From Entomortierella parvispora E1425 (lineage: Eukaryota; Fungi; Mortierellomycota), in NCBI GenBank assembly GCA_020891255.1, contig BQFW01000012.1, positions 2,604,001 through 2,668,000 on the forward strand: a DNA stretch of 64,000 bases, read 5' to 3'. The notes under the pieces are model-generated. The model searched no databases. It had not been told where the DNA came from and was given only the letters and a program-made list of their open reading frames with translations. Of this stretch, positions 1 to 12,656 are shown in pieces; position 1 is the stretch's first letter; each line of letters opens with the position of its first letter. The position numbers were made by a program, and so were the translations under genes.

Positions 1-2
1 AC

Positions 3-2987
3 AAGCAACAACAACAACAACAACAACAACAACAACCACGGCATTATCAGCGACAACAACAGCGACAACAAAATCAGGAGCATCGCGAGCAAAATCAATC
101 CGAGAATGACCAGGATTATCCACCGCATTCGGAAGAACGCCAACCATACTCATTAACGCATGGTGATGCATCTTCGCCTGCTCGTGAGGAATACTCTTGC
201 ACTTCGGACGAGGATGTGAAGCACCCTCAGTATCAGGGTCGGCAACATATTCTTCGGTCACGGCAACAAACACCCGAGCGCAAGTCGCGGCAGCACTATC
301 CAGAATGGTGTGGACCACAGAGACGAGGATCAAGATATCTCTTCTCCATGATCCATCGAAGTCAGAGAATTGACCTTGAACGAGAGGTGTCCAGGTAAAG
401 GGCATAGTGCCACTCGTGCTGCTCCCAAAGGCAAGCTATGAGTATCATTCTACCCGTCGTGCAAGATCTCCTTACTAAGTGACAAAGTACATTCCTCTTA
501 TTGTTTCCCTACAGCGCTGAAGAGCTCTTTGAAACGCGTCCACGGCTCCTTTGGTCAGAGAACTACGACCCCAATCTATCGCCTGATATCTCGGACTGGG
601 ACGATGAACCCATCCTTCAACCCTGGCTGGCCAAAGAGATTGCCGCAGAAGGCGACGATGAATTGAACAGCGCGCAACATGATGCAAACTCGAGCAACGA
701 GTTCGATACCCAACACCCTCAACGGAAATCTTCCGCACCTGTGGTCTCTTATCCCCCGGGGACCACTGTACCGGCAACTGCGGTGGAAGAAAAAGGTGCA
801 GCTGAAGTGGACTACGAAGACTTTGATGAAGAGCCTGGTGAAGAAGCTGACGATGAACGCGATGACGATGATGAACGGCCTCTCCGGAAGCGTCGCCGCA
901 CCCCAGAGTATTCGGGCTCTACACCAGCCGCTCGACAGCCTGCCCCGCTCTCGAAACAATCGGCCGCATCCGACGAAGGCTATTTTGATATTATTGCAGC
1001 CTCGCGGCTACCGTGTGCAAATGATATCCCAGAGGTTGGTCCCTCTTCCGCTGCAATGGCCATCGCCCCTGTCGCTGCCTTCCATATTCGACCTGATACT
1101 CCCGAGATAGAAAAGGGCCTGCAACATTCAGGAGACAATGTCGAGAGCTCAGCACCCTCCGAAAAGTCTGTTGACATTAAGGAGAGCATGGACAAGGAGA
1201 ACAAGGACAAGGAGAACAAGGACCTGACTGAGGTTGATGCCGTTGGAATCCATGCTGACGGTGGCAAGCCGGACAAGGAGAACCCCTCAGATGTCCATGC
1301 CAAATCAACGCCTCAAGTTGATCTTAAGGAGCAACTCGGCCTACCAATTTCTGACCAAGAACAGCCAGCAGCAGCAGACGACGTGTCCTATGAATCTCAA
1401 GATATGTACTACGAGGACGACATTGAAGCGGATCTATCGGCTTATTTTGACGGCGATACTAAGCTGTCTGCAGTTCTCAACGACGAAGATGATTCTGATA
1501 AGGAGAATCAGGAACCATTTAACAAGGATGACTACAATCCGAATGATGGCGCCCAATCAGGATATGAACCGGTTGAAAGAGACGCTCGCGCTACCGAAAG
1601 TGGGGAGTCTGATCAAGAGAACGCCCCCATTTACACCACAACCCTACCTCCATCCATACCAGAGGAAGACGAAGAATCGGACAAGGAGAACCAAAAGCCG
1701 ACGTATGGGACAGATGAACATCTCCAAGAAGCCGCCCAGGAGAGCGATTACGAACGCGAGTCGATCGAAAGCGAGGTTTTCATTGTTGGGGATGACTACT
1801 CTGATGGTCCGTCTGATAAAGTGGATGACGTGCAAGTATTCAACTCGAAATATCCTCTTTACTTTGACGACTCTGGATTTGGGCACTCGGAGTGTTTCGA
1901 TGGCGCGTGCAGTCCATCGGGGCTTGTTCAAGAGGCCGACTCATTCTCCACACGCGAACCACAGCATCACAATGACACCCCTTGTACGCCGCTTTCACGA
2001 ATTGGATCGCGATATTCAGATGCTGGACTGGATGCCGAGTTCTTCGGAGGGGCCCCACATAGCGACGATGAAGAGCAAGGATCTCAAAGGTGCCTTTCGA
2101 CACCTCGGGGCCGTGCTTACTTGTCCGAATCCGTCTCAGAGTACGACGACGACGTGGCGAGCACTACAGGGGGAAGGACGCCGCCTCGAAAGTCAGACAG
2201 GCTATTATATTCGGACTGTCCGCCAACTGTTTCGAGAGGGTACACATGTGAGGCTCTAGTGTCGGTTCAAGAAGAACACGTGGATTCACCATTGCCGGAC
2301 CCATTCTCGAGCAACAAGGCCATTCCGTCACGGAGGGCGTCATACCACTTCAAGGATGACGACAACTCATTGGAGACGAGAGGACCCGCCATCTATATTT
2401 CAGAAGCCTTCTCCTCAGTAGACAAAGGACACAAGCACCCTCGCGACGTAGAGTATGATACTGCTACCAACAGAGAGTCTAGGCGCGATGATAAGCGCCG
2501 TGGAGTCCAACCTTCACAGTAAGTCCAGGGCAACTACCTGATATATCAGAACGGATGGAGATTGCTTGAGATTGCGCTATGGTCCTAATCGAATCCACTC
2601 TTCCTTTGAACTTTTTTTAGACCAACAATCACGATCCCAGTCCCTGTCGGGTCTGTATGTGACCGAGGAGAAATCATTACCCCCGCAGTGATGCAGGTGT
2701 ATGTACCCCGACGACTGGACTTTTCACAACCAAGAGCACAGCCACCATTGCTTCGCCCGTTCGCAGGACCCTTAGCGGATGCTCGAGGCTGGAAAGCCCA
2801 TCAAGAATCCGTGACCATTGCATCCAGCACTACCAATACCAGTACAGCCAACACCACTGCTGCTGCCGCCGCCACGACCACCACTACCACTGCTACTACC
2901 ACTACCAATGATGCAGCTTGGAGAATCTGCAAGGTTCGAGTCAAAACGACACTCTCTGCCGCTGAATTGGCCCTCCAACGGAAGTGA
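3..2987 (+). CDS. 5'-truncated hypothetical protein: poly-Q, acidic and disordered, with multiple KEN boxes (exons <3-394, 515-2518, 2621-2987)
   Basis: Frame 3 is open from base 3 (KQQQQ...). Intron 395-514 (GTAAAG...TACAG, branch TACTAAG) joins it in phase to ORF 501-2522. That ORF's TAA lies inside a perfect GTAAGT donor at 2519. Acceptor TTTAG at 2620 joins in phase to ORF 2688-2987. Confidence 0.75.
6..35 (+). repeat. (CAA)n microsatellite encoding poly-Q
   Basis: About ten tandem CAA units read directly, in the open frame of the first gene. Confidence 0.9.
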
Positions 2988-3243
2988 AGGAATAAGCAGC
3001 GTCACCCATGGCACCATGTACACTATCCAACCAACCTACCAACCAACAACAACAACTTGTAAAAACAGTTCATCACGATGTACAATAGAATAATAAATGA
3101 GAAGAAAAAAAAATTGAGTCATGAGGTGATGTTTATTTGAAATCATGGTGAAAATAAGGCGAAAATTAGAAAGGTTGTGCAAAGGCAGTATGTCCATTGC
3201 CAGCAGAGTCGGATCATTCATGTTGCTGTTTTCACGTTCCTGT

Positions 3244-5885
3244 TCAGTAGCGAACTCCCTATGGAATGAAAGAAGGTACAAGTGGGCAATGCATCATCAT
3301 TAGTCGTCTTTTTTCATCCTTTTTGTTTCTTTTTTTTTTTTTTTTTTCTTCCTTTGGTTCCCTGTAATGAAATAGTTGTCTTTACCTGAACAACAGCAGG
3401 CCAGGTCTCGCGGATACGCTCAAACAGCTCGGGTTTGGTCCTGGCCAACGCGGCAGGATCCTCGGCCAGACAGACAAAGGTGGTGGCGACGCCCGAGTCG
3501 ATAACAGTGCCGATCGTGAACATGATCTGAACTCCCATGACAAAGCCCATGACCACCAGCACCACGGTAAAGTTGCCGCTGGCATTGAACGCTGGGTCTG
3601 CAAAGCGAAGGTAGAGATAGGTTCCAAGTCCTGACAACACCTGGAGAATAATAAAAAAAAAAAAAAAAATCGATTCGCACAGGGATTAGCTCATCTAGGT
3701 CAAAACAGTCGAAAATATAGGACCAAAACGGACAACATGACTTACTCCACAGAGGATGGCACCCATCGAAAAGACGTTGCCAATGAGGTTGTCGTTGATC
3801 AGTTGCTCAATGCCGCGATCCTTCAAGATGGTCCAGGTATCCTTGGCTGCTGGAATGTAGGCCTTGCCGTAGATGGCGACTTGACAGAAGGCGTACTTGT
3901 TGATGTACTCTGCGATGCCCTGCAAACAGGCTGGTGATGATGAGGTCCAAGACAAGTGGAGAAATAGGTTAGCGTACAAGGCCAATCAAACCTAGAGAAT
4001 TGACAAACAGGGCTGTGCTGTTCTAAACCTGGGTTTTACAATACAGCCACCCCCAATATCACTGCATGGAAAAACTTACCAAGAAGACAGTCAATCAAAC
4101 AGGCGACAAAGGCCATGATACCATCACTGCCGTCGCCTCGAGCCATTTGAGCCACGGCCCTCAAAGTTTGGATGATGGCAATGACCAAAGAGCCGAAACA
4201 GATACTTCCAATGGAGGTGGTGCAAGCCCGCTTGAAACTCTCGATTGTAGGAGACTTGGTCATTCCCTGTTCCGAGCCCATCATGAAATAATAGGTTGCA
4301 AAGAGTCCCGAGATGGTGACATGGACAATGTTCTCCATGACTTGTGATGTCCAGTAGAACGAAAAGAAGCAAAAGACGATCAAGACCTTGAGCTTTGTAG
4401 GAGTCGAGCCAGTCAAGTTGTCGTAGTAGAGCTCGTAACATCCCGAGATCACGGTCATAAAGTAGACGCTATAAGCTATCTGGAGAACAAGTCCTGCGAA
4501 CGCGAGCACATAGGTAGCCCAGTATCTGCGCGAGACTGAGGTCACCGTCGCCAACATCACCTACAGGTAGAAAGAGCAACATGTTGGGTGAGTATTGTTC
4601 CCAGGTAAATGATCCTTCCGTTCTTTTTTTCTTTCTCTCTTTTCCTCTCCTGATCCTGTAAGCGAAGGATGTTCCGAAGAAAATCAAGCAAAGGTGGCGT
4701 CAGAGCGCAACAAACAAGTTGGCGGATGGTTACAACTTTGTTGAATTAGATAAATGAAACCCGGCTGTTGGATCCAACTTGTCTGCATTGAGCACCCCCA
4801 GGGCTGAAAATCAAACCCCCAGAGAGCAACCGAGACTCAGTGATCGGAGAGTTCATGAAAATAGCAACAACGACTATTCCCGTGGCGACTTTTTTTTTTT
4901 TTTTTTTTTTTTGCATGACACAAAGAAAAACGATATCTCTCGGGAAGGAAAGAAGGGAAAAAGACAGAAAGAGATGGGGAGCAAGGAGAGGCCCCAGCAG
5001 CCCACAGCCCACAGCCTCCTCCGAGGTTCAAGCCCAGGTCGGCAGTAACATCATCAATGACGTGCGGGGTCACACACACACACACGCACACACAGAGTCG
5101 CTCAAACAGTGAGCGACACACATGCAGTACTACTTACAGCTGAGAAGGCAATCCTGTCCCGCCAGAACCACCACATCGAGGCATACAAGACCGCAAACAC
5201 CAGGCCGATGATACCAGGCAACCACAGACGACGGTAAATGTAATAAATTGCAACGGCCAAGTACAGGACAATCGACACTGCGAACGTGATCTAAATCATC
5301 ATCAATCAACAACGGTCAGAGGTCATTTCGTCAAATCAACGGGTCAAGGAGACATGAAACAAAGCGCTGTCGTGTGTTGCCCTGCGGTACCTTGATGATC
5401 TGGCGTGGGAAGGCCTGGATGAGAATGAAATAGAGGACACTAATGACGGCACCCACACCGATCGAGATGCAGAGCGAGATCAGGCCGCTGGTTGAGAAGA
5501 TGCCCAGCGCAGGTCCCGTCGAGGTGTTGTTGTCGCCCTTCACTTGGCGGATGGCGAAATACGACAGGACCACGAAGGCCGCCAACTGGACCAGGAAGAG
5601 AAAGAACGCCCAGAGGTCGTTGTATTTGGGCTTTGGGTTGAACTTTGCTGGCAGGCCCGAGTCTGGGTTGATGACACCATCGTAACTCGGGGGCACAACT
5701 CCAGTCATGGGCTGGCCCTGGGTACCAAAGTACTGCTGCTGGGGCTCCTGCTGAAGACCCCACTGCTGTTGTTGCTGCAGTGGCTGGTAGTGTGGCTGCT
5801 GTTGAGGCTGATAGTACGAGTGTGGGGGTGGAGGGGCACCGTATGGCTGTTGTGGCGGCGGGTAGCCGTATTGCTGCTGGGCCAT
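3244..5885 (-). CDS. PNS1: Choline transporter-like (CTL/SLC44) multi-pass membrane protein, Pns1 type; multi-exon
   Basis: Q/P/Y-rich N-terminus, then PKYNDLWAFFLF, HVTISGLFATYYF, SIGSICFGSLVIAIIQ, YINKYAFCQVAIYGKAY, NDNLIG, DSGVATTFVCLAEDP. Last exon 3244-3258 (GVRY*) follows intron 3259-3385. Confidence 0.92.
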
Positions 5886-6168
5886 GACGAGGACTCTCGA
5901 CGCGAGTGTACAAAGGCGAGGGAAGTGAAAGTGTGGCGAGAGTGAGAGGAACAAGTGCCTCCTAGATACAAAGGGGGTTTGCTAACAAAGACAAGGAGGA
6001 AAGGGACAGAGAGGACGAGAAAGAGATGGACAAAGGTGTTTGTTTTGGCAGAGATGAAAAGATGAAAAGAGAGCGGCAAAGAGAAACAAAGGGAGAAAGA
6101 ACGAAACGAGAGAAAAAACAGGCACTATTTTTATATTGGCTTGTTGACATCAGCGCTGTGTCTGTTTT

Positions 6169-7028
6169 TTATTCGGTTGAGAGTGTGGAACAACTCTCGT
6201 CCTCGAGAGCACGAGCACGGGCCGGTGCCATGATGCCAGGCAATTCCTGGACCATAGCCCTGACCCGCTCCCGCATCACCGTATTTGCACATTCAATCGA
6301 CAGCGCTACATAGGGAGGTCGTACATGTGCGCTGCCCATAATGTGGACGATCGGGTCGTCCTCGGTGGACTCGACTGGGATGCGTTTCTAAAATAGCAAA
6401 GGGGCCCAAGGTTGACACAAGGAATGATGAGTAGACTGTCACGTCATGCAGCTTTCATGCCTTTTCTCTGCGCCACATGCACCGCCCTGTCCTTGTCCAA
6501 CATCCGATCTGAACTTACCGACTTTAACAACGCCACCAACGCCTCCTTGCGACCCTCCAGGTCAATACCATTGGAGACGAGCGGAGAGACACCCACCAAG
6601 GCATCCATTTCTTTGGCACTGAGGCGATCTTGGCTGGATTCATCTAGCAAAATATCGAATGTTTACCTCTCTTCAGATTCTCCAGGGTCTTTCAGCAAGG
6701 TGCTGGCGCTGACACGCGCGCCTTTGTCATATCTTGAAACCGTACCGAAAACAAAGTCTTTCAGGGCAGGGTGACGCACAGCGACTACGGTTGCCGCGGC
6801 TTTATCGACTGGTGGACCTTCTTCCGAGGTTGTCGCAACCATGAGCAGTAGCAGCGTCTTTGTTTCGGGGTCAACGCTGTACAGCCTTCCCTTGTAGATC
6901 GTGGCATTGTTCAAAGTCGCGATGCATGAGGCTCCTAGATTCTGATGCATGTCCCGCAGCGATGCGCCAAAGAAACTCCATGGGGTATCTATCTGCCTCG
7001 GCTGCTGCTCCTTGTGCTGCTCCTGCAT
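6169..7028 (-). CDS. GEMIN6: Gemin6-like protein (Sm-like fold plus C-terminal AD domain); exons 7028-6746, 6643-6519, 6387-6169
   Basis: YKGRLYSVDPETKTLLL, DLEGRKEALVALLKS and KRIPVESTEDDPIVHIMGSAHVRPPY...CANTVMRERV parallel Gemin6 (YKGWVLTTDPVS, DLEERK, IPI...TIDPPY...SSNEIILSRV). Both splice phases are consistent. Confidence 0.75.
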
Positions 7029-7241
7029 TCCATAGACAGCGATTGTGATGGGAGGAAAGGATGGAGAGAATCAATGTTGGTCCGTCTTTCTTCTCTCCAG
7101 GGCGAAGCAGGCATCCAGTCACCACGTGACTAAAACATACTTTTGATGTGCTTCGCCTTTCTTGCCTTTTTGTTGGCATGGTCCTGTCGTTCCTCGCTCC
7201 TCCTTTCTTTCCTCCCTCGACCCTCGACCCCCGACCCTACA

Positions 7242-8597
7242 ATGGCGGACCGCAAGGCAACCAACAAGTACTACCCTCCGGACTGGGATCCGTCCAAGGT
7301 ACAAATAGGACCAACCATGCACAGGATTTCGCCCATGCTCATGGACATTCCCACCGTCCAGCAGCTAACACGACTCGTCTTCATTCCCCTAGGGCTCCAT
7401 CAATACATACATGGGGCAGCACCCCTTACGTGACAGAGCACGGAAACTGGACCAAGGAATCCTGATTGTCCGGTTTGAATTACCGTATAATATCTGGTGC
7501 AATGGATGCGGCAACCCCATCGGCATGGGTAAATGAATCAACTGTTTCTTGGCATTCAATTCATTCTGTCCTTCCTGAATGAACAAAGTCTAATAATCTC
7601 TTTTTGATGGAATTATTGATAGGCGTTCGCTACAATGCGGAAAAGAAAAAGGTTGGAAATTACTTCTCGACCGCGATTCTCAGCTTCAGGATGAAATGTC
7701 ACCTTTGCGATAACTGGTTCGAAATCCAAACAGATCCAAAGGTATGTATTGTTATTGCAATCACTTGTCATGAGGTACGACGTTGTTGTCGCTAGCTGTT
7801 CAAATTAACTGAGAGATTCCTACTGTCTGATGTTATAGAATGCTGCCTATGTCATAACTTCAGGAGCACGCAAAAAAGTGGAGGACTATGATGCAGAGGA
7901 TGCAGAGACATATGAGCTAGGCACTGAAGAGGAGCGCGAGAGGCGAGAGCTCGACAAGTTTGCGAAACTGGAGCACGCTCAACTGGATGTTCAAAAGGCA
8001 AAATCTGGACAAACTCGCCTGACTCGATTACAAAACTTGAACAAACAGCAATGGGGCGATCCATATATACTCTCGCAGCACCTACGCAAGAAGTTCAGAG
8101 ACGAGAAAAAGGAACGGCTCAAGGAGGAGGCAGAATGCAAGTCCGTGGCAGATCGTATCGGCTTTGGTTTCAATGTCTTGCCAGAGTCTGAGCAGGATCG
8201 GGAGAGATCGCGGATGATCCAATTTGATTCTGGTCAAAAACAACAGATGGAGCTTCGCCTTCGACAGGTCAAAACGGGAGGACTTTTTTCAACAAAGTCA
8301 TCTGTCGGCTCATTACGTACCTTGACGACCAGATCAAAGCAGCTGGCTTCTGGAACAAATAGCAGCGGCGAGAGCGTAGCGAAGAGGCTGGCGTCGACCA
8401 TTAGTGCCAACACAAAGCTACAAACGGATCCGTTTCTGACAGGTCAGGCTGTCATAGGAAAGCATAGACCCAATGGTTCAGGCGTGACCCTGAGGGCAAT
8501 GTCAACACCCTCTGATACCAATACCAAACCTACGCCTGTGTCTTTGGTCTCGTATGGTCAGGACGAGAGCGACGACGACAACGACGACAACACCTAG
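7242..8597 (+). CDS. YJU2B: CCDC130/YJU2B (Cwc16/Yju2 family) splicing factor; 4 exons
   Basis: MADRKATNKYYPPDWDPSK, HPLRDRARKLDQGILIVRFELPYNIWCNGC, GVRYNAEKKKVGNYFST, FRMKCHLC...EIQTDPK. Confidence 0.92.
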
Positions 8598-8900
8598 AAT
8601 GACTCTTTATTTTTTTGGCGAGATAAGGGCCCGTTTTGTAAATAACTTATTTGTATATTAAACACCTGGCCTTTGGGGCACCACTCTATCGTCATACATC
8701 ATCCTTCGCCGTGCCGCAGCCAAGTGAAAGTATACCCGCAAGAGAGAAAGAACAAAAAGTGGGATGGACAAGGTTTCACAGTCACGTATCTGCCCCAGGT
8801 ATGAGCGATAAAAAGGGCAGCTGAGCTGGGCCTGAATGAATGAAAGCGCCAGCCACTGTGCGACGGTGCGCGGCCTTTTTTCCTTTCGGACTTTGGGCCG

Positions 8901-8907
8901 TATAAAA
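8901..8907 (+). promoter_or_regulatory. Putative TATA box upstream of AMP deaminase
   Basis: TATAAAA about 220 nt before the ATG at 9125, followed by a CT-rich leader. Confidence 0.45.
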
Positions 8908-9124
8908 GGGACCCGTTTGCGCAACTCCCTCCTTTTCGTTTTTTCTTCTGTCTTTTTCTTTTTTCTTGGGTGGTTCTGTTCTTGCTTGGCTGGTTGGGCT
9001 TGTCTTTGTCTCTAACCCTTCACACTCCCACACCCCACACCCCACACCCCACACCCCTCTCCACTCTACCTGAATCAATTCTTCACTCGCACACCCACAC
9101 CTACACCAGTTCAAGACTCATTCC

Positions 9125-12100
9125 ATGTGCAACCATCACCTTGACGTTCTCGACGGGGAGGCTGAGGCCCCTACCCAACAGCAGCGCCAGGACCATCAAG
9201 ACCATACCTCGGCCCTGCCTAGGGAGGACTCATTCGAGGTGCCCGACAACCGTGCGGATCTGGAAGACGCCAAGACCACGGACAACGGTCCCCTCGAGAA
9301 CGAGCACGAGCACACACCCTTCTATTCGTACCACGCCGAGAAGGCGCTCAAGTTGGTAGGTTGTCCTGTGTTAGGTTTAGACGTGCATCGCAATTAAGCG
9401 TCTCGTCTGTGTTTTGCTGTGTGTCAACACACTGAGGCCGGGGTACCGTGCGAAAATTAAGAGCAGCGGCCGACCTTAAATTTTCCAATGTCCGTCCGAT
9501 ATGTATCACCGTTACTCACTCCTCCTCCCTTTTGATCTCTAGGAGGACAACAAGTACTTGGCCCATGAGACCCATACCCCATCCAAGCCTGGTCTGCCTA
9601 CTCTTCCCAAGAAGCCAAAGACTGGCGTCATGCTCTTTGACAACACCCCTGAGAACTTGCGCAAGCTCGATGCCGATGCTGGATTCATGGAGGAGACCAA
9701 GGCTGAGGAGAACACCAAGCCCAACTTTGCCCCCAATGACGAGATCACCCTTGAGCTTCAGTCACTCTACACCAACTTTCAAAAGTGTCTTGATCTTCGT
9801 GAGAAGTACATGAAGGTCTCGTGCCAACGTGTCGGTGACAATCCCAGCGATAAGGACGATTGGGTCATCTATCCTCCTCCCCCACCTCCTTCGTGGCCCA
9901 TCACCGAGGACAAGGGTCGTGTGACCGATGGCCCCGACAGCATCGGTAACGACTTCATCCCCGGTGAGATCCCAATCCCAGGCCCCTGCGACTTCGTCTA
10001 TGAGATGGACGACACCGGTATCTTCCAGGTAAGAATCCTCCTAGCAAACATGAAACATCAATTGCCGAATGAATTTATTCTGATCACCGAGCCCATTCGC
10101 AATCTTTTTTAGGTCTACGAGAGCAAGGATGACCTTGCCAAGAACAACCCCATTGTCCAGGTGCCTACTCCCAAAGAGTACTTCCAGGACTTGGACTTTG
10201 TTCTTTCCGTCATCTCGGATGGCCCCACCAAGAGCTTTGCCTTCCGCCGCCTAAAGTACCTCGAGTCCAAGTGGAACATGTACATTCTCTTGAACGAGTA
10301 CGAGGAATTGGCAGAGGCCAAGCGTGTGCCCCATCGTGACTTTTACAACGTTCGTAAGGTCGATACCCACGTCCACCACAGTTCCTGCATGAACCAGAAA
10401 CATTTGCTCCGCTTCATCAAGGCCAAGATGCGCAAGACTCCAAAGGACGTGGTCATCTTCCGTGATGGAAAGGACTTGACTTTGGAAGAGGTGTTCCAGA
10501 GTTTGAAACTCACAGCTTACGATCTCAGTATTGACACCATGGACATGCACGTACGTTGGTCATTTCAGATGTGTGGTTCGGCTGTATGAGTTCCAAACTT
10601 GATTTGGAGACATTTTGTATTAACATCTGATGTATATGAATGATAGGCCCACAAAGACTCCTTCCATCGCTTTGACAAGTTCAACTTGAAGTATAACCCC
10701 ATCGGAGAATCCCGTCTCCGTGAGATTTTCATGAAGACCGACAACAAGATCCAGGGCCGATACCTCGCAGACATTACCAAAGGTAAGATAATTTTATCTT
10801 TTTTTTTTTTTTTTTTTTTTTACAATTGATGGCTGACCCGTCACCTGTTTGTAGAGGTCATCTCGGATCTGGAGCAGAGCAAGTACCAGATGGCTGAATA
10901 CCGCATTTCCATCTATGGTCGTAGCGAGGACGAGTGGGACAAGCTCGCTGACTGGGTGGTGAACAACAAGCTGTTCTCTCCCAACGTCCGCTGGTTGATT
11001 CAGGTGCCTCGTCTCTACAATGTTTACAAGGCCACCAAGACGGTCGAGAACTTTGAGCAGGTCATCCAGAACATCTTCAAGCCCTTGTTCGAGGTCACTT
11101 CCGACCCCTCCAGCCATCCCAACTTGCACATCCTTCTGCAGCGTGTCATTGGTTTCGATTCCGTCGATGACGAGTCCAAGGCTGAGCGTCGCATCTACAA
11201 GAAGTACCCCTACCCCCGCGTCTGGAACACGGCCATGAACCCACCTTACAGTTACTACATCTACTACATGTTCGCCAACATGACCAGTCTCAACCGTTTC
11301 CGTCAGAGACGTGGATTCAGTAAGTTGTCGTGCTGCGGCTATGGTTGCCATTCAAAACTTGTTTGTTGCATCCGGCACCTAACCAGCAATCTCTTTTCTT
11401 GTAGACACATTCGTTTTCAGACCTCACTGTGGTGAAGCTGGTGATACCGATCATTTGACCTCTGCGTTCTTGACCTCGTTTGGTATTTCCCACGGAATTC
11501 TTCTCCGCAAGGTGCCAGCCCTTCAGTACTTGTTCTACTTGACCCAGATGGGCATTGCCATGTCGCCTCTCTCCAACAACGCCCTTTTCCTCGATTACGA
11601 GCGCAACCCCTTCCCAGCCTTCTTCCATCGCGGACTTAATGTCAGTTTGAGTACCGATGATCCTCTCCAGTTCCACTTTACCAAGGAGCCTCTGATCGAG
11701 GAGTACAGTGTCGCTGCTCAGGTATGTATCTATTTTCCACCTTTTTTTTTTTCGCGACCCACAGTCTAACGATTCCTTTCCTCGTCCTTTCCCTCGTCTC
11801 GTTTTAGATCTGGAAATTGTCTGGAGCTGACATGTGCGAGATTTCTCGCAACTCGGTCAAGCACTCTGGTTTCGAAAACAAGGTCAAGAAGCACTGGATC
11901 GGCAAGAAGTGGTACCTCCCTGGCGTCCAGGGCAATGACATGGAAAAGACCAACGTGCCCAACATCCGTGTTGCATTCCGTCACGAGACCCTGCGTGAGG
12001 AATTGGACATGCTCCAGCGGTACTCTCAGTTGGCCCACCCTCCCATGTTCACGACGGCGACCCAGGACTTGAGCAAGCGTATGGCCTCCAGCACGCCTTC

Positions 12101-12458
12101 GCCTGCCACCTTCTTGTACGGTCATAACAGCCACTCGGGCTCCGTGAGCCCCTACCCCAACGTGCCCAACTCTCCTTTTGCCCTGAACCCTCAACCAACC
12201 TTGGCTCCCGGTATGGTGGACGTCAGCGATATGAACTTGGTGCAGACCCACCCTCATTTGCCCAGGACCTCGATCGAGACTGTCCATGAGACGGGCGATG
12301 TCATCCACACCAACGTCATGACGGTCGCTCATCAGCTGGGCATGCTCTCCGTTGTGGCTGGTGTCTCGGAAATGGCTGAACGTGCGGCTGCCAAGAAGCG
12401 CGAGCGCATGCGTTTGGCGGCAGAGCAGAGAATCGACGAAGAGGAGACCGAGAACTAA
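9125..12458 (+). CDS. AMD1: AMP deaminase; multi-exon
   Basis: [100 protein letters not shown]. Confidence 0.97.
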
Positions 12459-12656
12459 GTCATTTTTTTTTTGTTTCATTTTTTTTCAACCCCATCCATA
12501 TCCTAATAAATGGACCCAATTCATATGGAGCGAAAACGACTTTTTTTTTTTTTTTTTTTTTTCTATCTTTGCACTGAATGTCTTTTTATTTTCCAGCACG
12601 CACGAATCATTATGATGGCTATGTACAGGTAAAAAAAATACGATATCCTCTCTTCT

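Noticed and set aside
501-2522. ORF 501-2522 as a complete gene
   Set aside because: It begins inside an intron, and its stop is part of a GTAAGT donor. In-phase exons exist on both sides.
6644-6666. Apparent 23-nt intron in the Gemin6-like gene
   Set aside because: Too short. The donor at 6745 gives an in-phase 102-nt intron to the same acceptor.
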